Assembly (NCBI GenBank): GCA_038245295.1 | Contig: JBBRSP010000014.1 | Span: 64,001 to 128,000 of the forward strand | Direction of reading: 5' to 3' | Origin: Candidatus Binatia bacterium | GTDB lineage: Bacteria; Desulfobacterota; Binatia; HRBIN30 | Length of the DNA stretch: 64,000 bases | Shown: piece after piece, positions 20,014-29,235 of the stretch | Layout: the number at the start of each line of letters is the position of its first letter | Numbering within the stretch: the stretch's first letter is position 1 | The notes under the pieces: model-generated | What the model was told of the DNA's origin: nothing | The model's input: only the letters and a program-made list of their open reading frames with translations | Database searches by the model: none | Program-made: the position numbers and the translations under genes

Positions 20014-21992
20014 GGTTTAACACGCCCTTCCTGAATCGCCTTGCCCGCCAGCAGACCGCCTTCCGTCGCCGACTCGAGGCAGCCGGAACTGAGTTCCGTA
20101 CGCACCCAGTCACCGGCGACCGCGAGATTGCGGAAGCCAGTGTCGCCGGGCTCCAACCGATGCTGCGGAGACTTCGGACCGACGGTCACGTATCGTTCCG
20201 ATCCCTCGTTGTTCTTGCGGAAGTACTGCGCCTGTAGCCGTTGCATGCCGCTGTGCGCCGCGTCAGGGTCATGCAGCATGGCCATGGAGAAGTTAGGCCA
20301 AATGCCATTCGCCTTGGTCGCGAGCCACGCCGCGGCGCTCTTCTGGATGTCGGGGTCGTCGGGGTGGTCCGTCTCATGGAACTCGTCGCACAGGTAGTGC
20401 ACGGAAACGGGACCACCTTCGGGCCAATTCTCGATCGGGATGAGGTGCGACATGTCGACCCACGCATTGAACGGGCGCTCGTAGGAGATGAGCATCCCCT
20501 CCTCGGGCTGCTCCTCCCAGCCGAGTTCGCGGCTGCCCTTGGTCAACCACAACTGCACCGCCTGGGTCCCGACCGTGGTCGCCGTTGAAGTTGCCTGTTT
20601 GAACCTCGGACTGGCGTTCTCCAGTTCACCGACCAGGGCCGGCGTGAGTCCGCCCATCGAGATGCCGAGGACAACCACGTCGAAACCGTCCGCTCCCTCC
20701 TGCCCACGGCGCAGTGTCAGAGACGTCGTCGGCCCCTTACTGATCGGCGGGGCATGGAATGGCCATGCCAGACGGACCGAGCCGTCCTTGCCGGTGACCG
20801 GGGCGAGCGGATCATTGTACTGCGCCGCGTCGATCGGCAACCGGAAATCGATTGCCGAAACCACCGGCGTCGCACCGTCCGCTTCGACGTGCAGCTTCGT
20901 CACCTCGTGCATGAAGCGAAACCTCACACCGCGTTGCTTCAGCGCCAGGTAAATCGGCGCGAAGACGATCTCTCCCATGCCGCCTTTCATCTTGTACGAA
21001 AAGTGGCCCGCGTAGTCGAAGACCATACGCAGAACGGCATGCAAGGTTACGCCCGTGGCCAGACCGGTGCGTCGGCTGAACGCCAGATCATAGAGAGCCA
21101 AGATGGGTGCGGACTCGTGTCCCAGGTAAGCGGGAATGTCCTTCGGCCCATGTTTCTTCAACCAGTCACGGTAATCGATGTCGTTCAGGTGGGCGATTCC
21201 CCGGGACAGCACATCGTCGCGCAGCACGCCGGTGATGTTGGCGGCGAGCAGGTAGACGACAATCCACGCACGCCGCACCGCAGGCTCATCCATCCGCGGC
21301 TGCGCCAAGCGCCAGATCGCCCCAACCGCCTTATCGATCAGCATTAAGACGGGTTCCTCGGCGGCGGCTTCCAGGAAGTTGCCGACAACCTCCCCCGCCA
21401 GCGCCAAGGCATGTTCCACCCCGTGAACGATCGCGATGAATTTGTCGATGCCCCGGGGCAACTGGTCGAGAAAAATATCGGCGTGCGAAATGCCCATATC
21501 TGCCGCCAGAGCTTTGCACCGCTGCACGAACTCACTCAACGACTGACGCACCAGAGCGGCCAGCCCTGGTCGGCTCGTACGAAAGCCCGGGGCCTGACCA
21601 TTCGCGGGGAAATGGGCCAACCACGGCTGCTTCTGCCACACACCGGCCGGGTGCTGCTCGGCCATCCAGATGTGGTCCCAAGGCAGCAGCACATCGTTGA
21701 ACTCCGGCAAGAGAGTTGCCGGGTCCGCGGCGTGCACCTCCTTGTAAGCGACGCGCAACAGGGACAGCGCCGAGTTGTAGAATCCGAGCAAGAGGTGTAG
21801 GCCGTGCTCGTGAATTCTCTGCCCGTTCAACGAATCGCGCGTGCTGGCGCCCTTACCTCCGAGCAACCAATCCTTCTGGTAGACGGTGATCTCGAAGCGC
21901 TCGGGATCGGCACCGTGGGTCAGCGCCCAGGCGGTCGCCAGCGAACCCATCCCTCCACCTAAGATCGCCACTCGAATCTTGTCAGACGGCAT
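20010..21992 (-). CDS. FAD/NAD(P)-binding oxidoreductase (HpnE / carotenoid-desaturase-like superfamily)
   Basis: RVAILGGGMG Rossmann motif, LGGKGAS, EHGLH..GFY, NLAVAGDW, GCLESATEGG; SD GGGAGG. Confidence 0.8.
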   Translation of the reverse strand: MPSDKIRVAILGGGMGSLATAWALTHGADPERFEITVYQKDWLLGGKGASTRDSLNGQRIHEHGLHLLLGFYNSALSLLRVAYKEVHAADPATLLPEFNDVLLPWDHIWMAEQHPAGVWQKQPWLAHFPANGQAPGFRTSRPGLAALVRQSLSEFVQRCKALAADMGISHADIFLDQLPRGIDKFIAIVHGVEHALALAGEVVGNFLEAAAEEPVLMLIDKAVGAIWRLAQPRMDEPAVRRAWIVVYLLAANITGVLRDDVLSRGIAHLNDIDYRDWLKKHGPKDIPAYLGHESAPILALYDLAFSRRTGLATGVTLHAVLRMVFDYAGHFSYKMKGGMGEIVFAPIYLALKQRGVRFRFMHEVTKLHVEADGATPVVSAIDFRLPIDAAQYNDPLAPVTGKDGSVRLAWPFHAPPISKGPTTSLTLRRGQEGADGFDVVVLGISMGGLTPALVGELENASPRFKQATSTATTVGTQAVQLWLTKGSRELGWEEQPEEGMLISYERPFNAWVDMSHLIPIENWPEGGPVSVHYLCDEFHETDHPDDPDIQKSAAAWLATKANGIWPNFSMAMLHDPDAAHSGMQRLQAQYFRKNNEGSERYVTVGPKSPQHRLEPGDTGFRNLAVAGDWVRTELSSGCLESATEGGLLAGKAIQEGRVKP

Positions 21993-22890
21993 GCCCCCTC
22001 CCCTCGGTTCCCTGACGGCGCCCGACTCTCATTCAGTCGCGCGCTATTTTGACGAAACGGTGCGTCTGTACCAGCTTTTCTGGCATGGTCCCACAGGCGC
22101 ATTACATTTCGGCATGCGCGGCGAGGAAGCCACCAATCACTATGAAGAGTTGTGGAACACCAACCGGGTCGTGGCCGACTTCGTCGGCATCTCGCCGGGG
22201 GAGCGCGTCCTCGATGCCGGCTGCGGTATCGGTGGCAGTGCCTTGTGGTTGGCCCAGCAGCGGCAAGCCGCCGTAGTCGGTGTCACGCTGAGCGAGTCGC
22301 AGCTCCGCGTCGCCCAGCAAGCGGTGCGACAGCAGGCGATGACGGCGCGCGTCGAGTTCCTCCGGCGCGACTACGTCAACACGCAGTTGCCGGATCGATC
22401 CTTCGACGTCGTTTGGGCGCTCGAAAGCGCGTGCTACGCCGCCGACAAGCACGCCCTGTTACGCGAGGCATACCGGGTTTTGCGACCCGGCGGCCGTCTG
22501 GTCGTGGCAGACGGCTTTCTGAAAAGTGCCCCCCGGGGACACATCGAGGCCCGCCTGTTCGATTCGTTCACGCGCGGGCTGGTCCTGCCTGTTTTGCCGA
22601 CCGTCGACTTCTTCCAAGAAGCGATGGCCGAGTGCGGGTTCAGCTCGGTCACGACACAAAACCATGACGATGACGTGCGCGGCTCCTGCAACCGCCTGTT
22701 CTGGCGCTGCCTACTTACCTACCCGATGGCTAGGCTGGCACACACGCTGGGCCGGGTGTCGCGCTTACAACTGGCGAACAGCCGTGCCGGTATCGCCGCC
22801 GCCTCGCTCCTGCGCACGGGCGTGCTCGAGTATGCGCTGATCAAGGGCGTCAAGGATGTGGCCCCAGGTCCGAGCCGCGCCGGAGTCTGA
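21991..22890 (+). CDS. SAM-dependent methyltransferase (tocopherol / sterol / GPP methyltransferase-like)
   Basis: ALHFG, RVLDAGCGIGG, GVTLSESQ, FDVVWALES, RVLRPGGRL; start uncertain. Confidence 0.85.
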   Translation: MPPPLGSLTAPDSHSVARYFDETVRLYQLFWHGPTGALHFGMRGEEATNHYEELWNTNRVVADFVGISPGERVLDAGCGIGGSALWLAQQRQAAVVGVTLSESQLRVAQQAVRQQAMTARVEFLRRDYVNTQLPDRSFDVVWALESACYAADKHALLREAYRVLRPGGRLVVADGFLKSAPRGHIEARLFDSFTRGLVLPVLPTVDFFQEAMAECGFSSVTTQNHDDDVRGSCNRLFWRCLLTYPMARLAHTLGRVSRLQLANSRAGIAAASLLRTGVLEYALIKGVKDVAPGPSRAGV

Positions 22891-22906
22891 AGACAACCGC
22901 GTGGTG

Positions 22907-23485
22907 CTACGGCTGTAACAAGCGCATCACCCAAGCCTTGCCGCGGCGCAGGAAGACTTCACGGTGATGCAGTCGCGACTCGCCGCGGGTCCAGAATTCG
23001 ATGCGCTCGGGCACGACGCGGTAGCCGCTCCATTCGGGCGGCCGCGGCACGTCCTTATCCTCCATCAACTTCGTGAAGCCCTTCAAACGAGTCACCAGCG
23101 TCTGCCGGTCGTCGATCGGTTGGCTCTGCGCCGAGACAGAACCGGCCAACTGACTACCGCGCGGCCGCGACTTCCAATAGGCGTCGGCCTCGGCGGCGGT
23201 CACCGCCCGCACCCGCCCTTCGACGCGCACTTGGCGACCGAGGATGTCCCAGTAGAAGGCCAACGCGGCGCGCTTGTTGTCGGCAAGCTCGCAGCCTTTG
23301 CGACTCAGCGTGTTGGTATAGAAGACGAAGCCGGTTTGATCGGCACCCTTGAGCAGCACATAGCGCACATCCGGGCGCCCAGCGGTGTCGGCTGTGGCCA
23401 AGGCCATTGCATCATATTGTGGCGCCCCCGATTTGGCGGCGGCACGGTACCAGCTTTGAAAACGACGGATCGGATCGATTGCCAT
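22907..23485 (-). CDS. pdxH: Pyridoxamine 5'-phosphate oxidase
   Basis: AMALATA, RYVLLKG, FVFYTN..SRKG, RQVRVEG, RPRGSQ, IEFW..RLHHR, RLLQP; start MAIDP at 23485. Confidence 0.93.
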   Translation of the reverse strand: MAIDPIRRFQSWYRAAAKSGAPQYDAMALATADTAGRPDVRYVLLKGADQTGFVFYTNTLSRKGCELADNKRAALAFYWDILGRQVRVEGRVRAVTAAEADAYWKSRPRGSQLAGSVSAQSQPIDDRQTLVTRLKGFTKLMEDKDVPRPPEWSGYRVVPERIEFWTRGESRLHHREVFLRRGKAWVMRLLQP

Positions 23486-23553
23486 AGGCGGCTCGTACAC
23501 CGAGCGACCCGCTGAGAGAAGTAGGAGCCGACAATCGTGCGAGTGGCGCCGTC

Positions 23554-24714
23554 CTACGCGGCGACGCCGGAAGCGGTCTCTTCCAATTGATCCACCCGCG
23601 GACCACGCGTCAGCCACGCCCCCGCCGCCTTGCGTCCGGCCGCCTGCATCGCCGCCAATACCGAGCGTTCGAAGTAGAGATACGAACCAGCATTGAAGCA
23701 TTGTCCATCGCGCGCCGGCCGCACGGCTTCGTACAACTTTACCTCGCGATACCGCCCATCACTGCCCTCGGCGAGGCGATTGCGATCGAGCAGAAGCTTG
23801 CGGTCGACGTTGTACGCGTTCTCCAGGAAACTATCGACGGTGCGCTCGACGGCGCGTCCGAAATGGGCAAACGGTGTCGCTTCTTCCTCGGCCGCTTCGG
23901 TCACCAGCACCGTAACGATCTCTTCCGCGCCCAGGGCAACGACGGGGGCCAGGGGGGTGTTGACGAGAAGGCCGCCGTCCCACAGCAGGTAACCACCGAC
24001 ATTCACCGGTGGGAATAACAACGGGATGCTGCAGCTGGCCAGAACCATATCGACGGTGATGGCATCGACGAGGTGGTAGTCGGGCGGCCGGGTCAACGGC
24101 GTCTCGGTGGTCACGAAGCGCACGACGCGCCCCGTGTGCGCATCGACGGTGTTGATCGCCAGATGCACACCTCGGTTGGGGACCACGACTTCACCGCCGA
24201 ACGCCTCGACGAGTCGGCCGCGCAGGCTGCTGGTGTCGGCCAGATACGGAACCGCGATTCCCTCCAGAAGATCACTCACCAACTCGAAGCGCGCGGTCAG
24301 CAGATACTCGACAATCAACGCCATGGCACTACCGCGCTCCGGCGGAAAGTGATGGCGGGCACGCTGTAAGAATGTCGTCCAACGTCGCCCCGGAATGATC
24401 GATTGAAGCACCTCACGGCCGGCCAGTCGGAGCAACGTCTGCACGGCGCTCCAGAAGAACCGCGAGCTCACCACGGCCGGTGGGTCGTCGGCGATGCCAT
24501 TCCAGAACTCCATCATCTGGCGCGGCGTGTGACCGGCCGCAATGAAGGCGCTGTTGATGGCACCGGCCGAGGTGCCCGAGAGAACTGTCGGCCCGTCGGA
24601 GAAACGCGGATCGCGCAACAAACGCTCGTAGACGCCGACCTGGAAGGCGCCGCGCGCCCCACCACCCGAAAGGACAAGACCTAGTTTGCGATGCCGCCGC
24701 TTCGTCGTCGCCAT
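23554..24714 (-). CDS. Patatin-like phospholipase
   Basis: LSGGGARG, GTSAG nucleophile elbow, WDGG..NTP. Confidence 0.92.
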   Translation of the reverse strand: MATTKRRHRKLGLVLSGGGARGAFQVGVYERLLRDPRFSDGPTVLSGTSAGAINSAFIAAGHTPRQMMEFWNGIADDPPAVVSSRFFWSAVQTLLRLAGREVLQSIIPGRRWTTFLQRARHHFPPERGSAMALIVEYLLTARFELVSDLLEGIAVPYLADTSSLRGRLVEAFGGEVVVPNRGVHLAINTVDAHTGRVVRFVTTETPLTRPPDYHLVDAITVDMVLASCSIPLLFPPVNVGGYLLWDGGLLVNTPLAPVVALGAEEIVTVLVTEAAEEEATPFAHFGRAVERTVDSFLENAYNVDRKLLLDRNRLAEGSDGRYREVKLYEAVRPARDGQCFNAGSYLYFERSVLAAMQAAGRKAAGAWLTRGPRVDQLEETASGVAA

Positions 24715-24886
24715 GGGCTCTCCCTCCCGCAACCACCCCTCAAAGTTCCGCAACAATTCAACGTCTGGTCACAGTCTCGCGTTTTGCGCCGCTTTTCAAC
24801 CGAAACCGTGGAGGCAGGATGTTCGGTGTTACGGGCAGCGCCGCGTTCCCGCTCCTAACACCCCAACCCCTTGGCACTCTAAGACG

Positions 24887-25369
24887 TCACTGCGCCTCTG
24901 CCTTGCACAAGATGCCGGCGGCGAGGAAAAACGTGCCGGTCTTGTTCACCGCCATGCTGTAGATGTCGGCTTGGCCGGCCGGCTCGACCTTCCCAACGCG
25001 CCACGCGTGCGTCGATACACGCTTCTCGTTTTTCTTCTGATCGTCGTATTCGTAGCCTTCGGGGTAATGATGCGCCGCCTCGAGATCGTCGCCCACCTGG
25101 AGATCCGCGGCTCGCACCTCGACCATGCCACGTTTGAAGAGCACCTGGTCGGCACCAACCCGAAAGCTGGCGCCTGCTTCCAGCGTCACCTTCAGGACAG
25201 GCTGCGCTTCGGCAACTTGGCGAGCGTTGATCATGGCGCGGAAACGCACGCGGCCATTCTCCTCGCGCGTGAATACGGACATCGCCTTGCCGGCAACACC
25301 CTTGACGGTCATCGCCCCCTCGGGCGTCTCCACCTTCGTATCGGAAGCCAGCGCACACACACCACTCAT
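24887..25369 (-). CDS. Stand-alone Hint (intein-like) domain protein, catalytic residues degenerate
   Basis: ALASDTKVETPEG (block A), VLKVTLEAGASFRVGADQ (block B), AADLQVGD, IYSMAV..TGTFFLAAGIL (blocks F/G); GAGGT RBS. Confidence 0.8.
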   Translation of the reverse strand: MSGVCALASDTKVETPEGAMTVKGVAGKAMSVFTREENGRVRFRAMINARQVAEAQPVLKVTLEAGASFRVGADQVLFKRGMVEVRAADLQVGDDLEAAHHYPEGYEYDDQKKNEKRVSTHAWRVGKVEPAGQADIYSMAVNKTGTFFLAAGILCKAEAQ

Positions 25370-25450
25370 ACGGCACCTCGCAATGCGCGCCGCTTAGCGC
25401 GGATACAGAAGTCGGTCTAGCGCCCTGATCGACGTCGCGTCGGCTGAGGT

Positions 25451-25473
25451 CGCAGGCTGAAGCCTGCGGCTAC
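25451..25473 (-). repeat. GTAG-type REP palindrome
   Basis: CGCAGGCTGAAGCCTGCG-GCTAC; same family at 43890 and 43941. Confidence 0.8.
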
Positions 25474-25495
25474 CGCCTGGGGAATGCGGCCCGCT

Positions 25496-26704
25496 TCACG
25501 CCGACAATCGAGCAATCAACGCCGGACGTTTCATCAACGCACGCCAGGCAGTCTCGACCTCGGCTTTCGAGAGACTGCGGACGATACGTTCGATCTCTTC
25601 GGGCGGGGGCACACCGAGCAGTGTGTTTTCGGCGAGAGCCAGGGCACGATCGAAGCGACTGTGCGCCAGCGACGCATACCGGTAGCGCAACTTCTTGCGG
25701 CCGCGCTCGATCTCGTCCGGCGTGAAACCATCGCGGGCGGCGTGTTCACAAACATCCGTGATTGCACCCTCCAGACGCGCCAACGAACGGTGCGCGGCGC
25801 TGGCCGAAATCGTCACCACCGCCCAGTCGGGGCCCCAATCCAGATGGGCTCCGACTTCGTAGCCGAGACCGAGACGTTCGCGGATTTCCTGGAAGAGGCG
25901 ACTATCCGGATCGGCGCCGACCAGATCGAGGGCCACGCCGGCGGCGGCGATTTGCCGCGGTATCGGGGTCACGGGCATCATACGCAGGATGAATCCCTGT
26001 CCACCGTCGTCGCGCACACGCACCGGTCGCACCGCGTGACCATACTGCACTTTGCGTGGCTTTGGCGGCTCCAACGAGCTCTTGTGCGAGAAGCTGCGTT
26101 TTACGGCACCCTTGGCCGCCTCAAACTCGACGCCACCAACCAGCGACAAGACGCTGCGCCCATGTGTGAAGTGTGTTGCGATGAAGGCGGCCACATCCGC
26201 GGCCTGCATTTGCCGCAGGCTCTGCATGCTGCCCCAGACGGGATGGGCCAATGGGCCGCTGAAGAAGTTGCACCAGGCACGTTGGTGTAGGCGTTCAATC
26301 GGATCGTCGATGCGACCGCGCGCTTCGTCCATGACGACGTGCCGCTCCTTGCGGAAGCGCCTCTCGTCGACCTGGCTGTGATAAAACTGCTCGGCCAACA
26401 ACTCGAGCGCGTCGCCAACGTCTTCATTGAAGACTTCGAAGGTCAACGAGATGTTCTCGTAGCCGGTGTCGGCATTGTGCTCGCCGCCCAGCTCGGCAGC
26501 GCGACGATTGAGAGCCACCTGATCGAAAAGACGGGTTCCCTGGAACAGCATGTGTTCCGACATGTGGGCGATCCCGGGGAAGCGCTCGTCGAAGCGGGCT
26601 CCGGCGCGAATGGAAAGAGCAATGGCGGTAAGTGGTCCGGGCATCTGCTGATGGACGACGCGCAATCCACGCTGCGAGAACCGGCGGACGGTGTTTGAAA
26701 TCAT
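25496..26704 (-). CDS. M16 family zinc peptidase (pitrilysin-like)
   Basis: PGIAHMSEHMLFQGT (HxxEH), ERHVVMDE, SRLFQEIRERLGLGY. Confidence 0.92.
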   Translation of the reverse strand: MISNTVRRFSQRGLRVVHQQMPGPLTAIALSIRAGARFDERFPGIAHMSEHMLFQGTRLFDQVALNRRAAELGGEHNADTGYENISLTFEVFNEDVGDALELLAEQFYHSQVDERRFRKERHVVMDEARGRIDDPIERLHQRAWCNFFSGPLAHPVWGSMQSLRQMQAADVAAFIATHFTHGRSVLSLVGGVEFEAAKGAVKRSFSHKSSLEPPKPRKVQYGHAVRPVRVRDDGGQGFILRMMPVTPIPRQIAAAGVALDLVGADPDSRLFQEIRERLGLGYEVGAHLDWGPDWAVVTISASAAHRSLARLEGAITDVCEHAARDGFTPDEIERGRKKLRYRYASLAHSRFDRALALAENTLLGVPPPEEIERIVRSLSKAEVETAWRALMKRPALIARLSA

Positions 26705-26788
26705 TGGGGTCGGCGATTAGCGGCGCGGCGCAGGGGGGGCAACGTTTGACGACCGGCAATCGGCTCGGGCCGTTCGCCCGCGCCGGCT

Positions 26789-27391
26789 TCAGGTTGCGTC
26801 GGCTTCGACGAAAGCGACGGCGCCTTCGAAGTCGGCAGCGGTGATTGCACCGTCGTCGCGCAGTTGGCGCAGCAGCGGGCGGATCTTGATGACGCTGTGC
26901 AGACGCAGACCCGCTTGCTCGATGACACGGGCTCCCGACTGTTCGCGATCGACCACAACGACGATGTCGCTCACCACCAGACCCGCTTCGCGCAGCGGCT
27001 GCAAAGCCTCGATCTTGGCGCCGCCGGTGGTGATGACGTCGTCGACAACCAGCGCGCGGGCGCCGGGTTCGAAGACTCCTTCCACCAGCTTACGTGTGCC
27101 GTAGGCCTTCGCCTCTTTGCGCGGGTAGACGAGCGGCTTGCCGCCGGCCAGCGACATCGCGACCGCCAACGGCAGGCCGGCGTACGGAATGCCGGCAACA
27201 CAGTCGTACGCGACGTCGCGCGTCGTCTCGAGCATGGCGCGGGCCACCTGATCGAGCACTGCGGGGTGGGCGATGACGACACGCAAGTCGACGTAGATCG
27301 GCGAGTGGCGCCCGTCCTTGAGAACGAAGTCGCCAAACTTTACCGCGCCGATGCGATGTAGAGAACGCGCTACGTCGATCGCCAAGCTCAC
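26789..27391 (-). CDS. pyrE: Orotate phosphoribosyltransferase
   Basis: FGDFVLK.G..SPIYVDLR, RKEAKAYGT, PRPP motif LVVDDVITTGG. Confidence 0.93.
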   Translation of the reverse strand: MSLAIDVARSLHRIGAVKFGDFVLKDGRHSPIYVDLRVVIAHPAVLDQVARAMLETTRDVAYDCVAGIPYAGLPLAVAMSLAGGKPLVYPRKEAKAYGTRKLVEGVFEPGARALVVDDVITTGGAKIEALQPLREAGLVVSDIVVVVDREQSGARVIEQAGLRLHSVIKIRPLLRQLRDDGAITAADFEGAVAFVEADAT

Positions 27392-29124
27392 TCAAGCCCT
27401 CGCGAACGACGCCGTAGCAACAGCAACGCGGCCGGCAACAAGAGCGCCGACCAGGCCGACTGGCCGGTAGCCGCGCCGGTCACCGGATCCACCACGCAAC
27501 CGCAGCCGCCGCCACCGCCGCCGCTATGGCTCACTGCCGTCGCCACCGGGGTAGGAACGGTAGTACCGGTTCGCGTGCGGGTTGGGAGTGCTGTGAAGCT
27601 CGGCATGATAGTCGGCGTGAATGTTGCCGCCGACGTGTGAGTCGGCGCTGGCGGCGTTTGCGTCGGCGACGGGGACGTCTGGCCTGTCGGTGTCGATGTC
27701 GGACGAGACGTTTGTGAAGGCGTCGGGGTCACCGTCGCGTCCTCCGGAGTGGGTGTTTCCGTGGGCGTCGGCGTCGGCGTCGGGCTCATCAACAGCGGCT
27801 TTGTCCCGAGTGGGTTATCCGTGATGTAGACGTCGACTTGATTGTCCTGATCATCCGGGATCAGACGCCCGGCGGCTTGGAACACGACGCGCAGGCCGTC
27901 GCCACTGATCTGTGGATTGTTGCTGTCGGCCGTGACTTCCTGGCCGCCGGCATCGACGCTGACGCGCCGCACCTCGCCGTCGTTAAGATCGACAACGAAC
28001 ACATCGACATGGCCGTTGCCGTCGCCGGCGATGAGGTTGTTGGCTTGCGATTCGAAGACGACGAAACGGCCGTCGGCACTGATACTGACAGCACCACTCA
28101 CACCGTTGCCGCGCTCGCCCGATTGATTCTTCGACAACAAAAACGTCTCGCCGGTGTCGCGGCGATGGACATAGACATCGGTCCCGGAGTCGTCGTCGGC
28201 CGCATCGAGATTCGTCGCATTGGAGAGGAACGCAACAACGTTCCCGTCGGCGCTGACGGCCGGCGCGTTGATACCGGCGCTGCTCGACGCATTCGCCTGG
28301 CTACCGTCGGTCGCCACACTCACACGCTGAATCTCGCCGCTACAGCGATTACGCACAAAGACGTCGCGGCGCTCGTTGGTATCGGCAGGGACGAGATTGC
28401 CGGCGTCCGAGTAGAAGGCCACGATGCAACCGTCGGCGCTAATGGACGGTCCGCCACTCGGGCCGTCGGCGGTGCCGATGGTGGGCGAGCCAAGGCTCGT
28501 CAGCGTCAGCACTTCGGTCTGCTGAGTTGTCTGATCGTAGACGAAGATGTCGCTGACGTGATTGACGTCGCTGAGGTCGAGGCGGTCGGCCTCCGACACG
28601 TAGGCGACGAAACGGCCGTCCTGGCTGAGCGCCGACGGCAAATCCGGCACGGCGCCGCCGCCGAAGCCGTCCTGGCTGAGCGAAAGCTCGGACGTCACGC
28701 TCAGGCCGCGGTCGAAGACGAATACGTCGGGGCGCGTGTTGAAGTCACCCTGTACGATGTTGGACGCCGCCGACCCGTAGGCGATGGTGCCACCATCGGC
28801 GCTGATCGACGGCGGGAAGCTGCTGTCGTTCGGATCGCGGCCGGTGGCCGAGATACTCACACGATCGGTGGCCAGGGTCAGGGTGTCGGTGAGGAACACG
28901 TCCACCAGTTCGTTCAGGTCGCCGGAAACCAGGTTGGAGGCAGCCGACTGAAAAACCACCAGGGTGCCGTCGGCGTTGGTGTGCGGGTTCAAACTGCGCC
29001 CGTTGGGAGCCGTGCCACCGAGACGCTTGAGCCCTTCCGCTGCCGCCGGCGACGTCAGCGCCAAGGTGACAGCCGCGAGGCAAGTAAACGATTTGATCCG
29101 ATCAACCCGGCTCGACAGCATCAT
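27388..29124 (-). CDS. Secreted TolB/PD40-like beta-propeller protein with Pro/Thr linker and MYXO-CTERM-like anchor
   Basis: Repeated SISADG..VAF.S.A.NLV..D.N...DVFV blades; PT-rich stalk; GGGGGGCGC followed by a TM segment and RRRSR. Confidence 0.85.
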   Translation of the reverse strand: MMLSSRVDRIKSFTCLAAVTLALTSPAAAEGLKRLGGTAPNGRSLNPHTNADGTLVVFQSAASNLVSGDLNELVDVFLTDTLTLATDRVSISATGRDPNDSSFPPSISADGGTIAYGSAASNIVQGDFNTRPDVFVFDRGLSVTSELSLSQDGFGGGAVPDLPSALSQDGRFVAYVSEADRLDLSDVNHVSDIFVYDQTTQQTEVLTLTSLGSPTIGTADGPSGGPSISADGCIVAFYSDAGNLVPADTNERRDVFVRNRCSGEIQRVSVATDGSQANASSSAGINAPAVSADGNVVAFLSNATNLDAADDDSGTDVYVHRRDTGETFLLSKNQSGERGNGVSGAVSISADGRFVVFESQANNLIAGDGNGHVDVFVVDLNDGEVRRVSVDAGGQEVTADSNNPQISGDGLRVVFQAAGRLIPDDQDNQVDVYITDNPLGTKPLLMSPTPTPTPTETPTPEDATVTPTPSQTSRPTSTPTGQTSPSPTQTPPAPTHTSAATFTPTIMPSFTALPTRTRTGTTVPTPVATAVSHSGGGGGGCGCVVDPVTGAATGQSAWSALLLPAALLLLRRRSRGLE

Positions 29125-29235
29125 CCGTGGTCTCCTCCCCTGCTCTGGCGCGCTCGCATAGCACGGCGGCGCCAAAGGCAACAGCAAGAACACGCCGTTG
29201 CATCCTCGCAAAACCTCAGCTTTATGACGTACTTC

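Noticed and set aside
25496..26704. M16 peptidase and the Hint gene as one split intein-containing gene
   Set aside because: The peptidase is complete with its own stop, and the Hint gene has its own RBS after a REP-containing spacer
27838..29223. Long N-terminal extension of the 779-aa ABC ATPase ORF
   Set aside because: Antisense shadow of the beta-propeller gene; ABC homology starts near 29236
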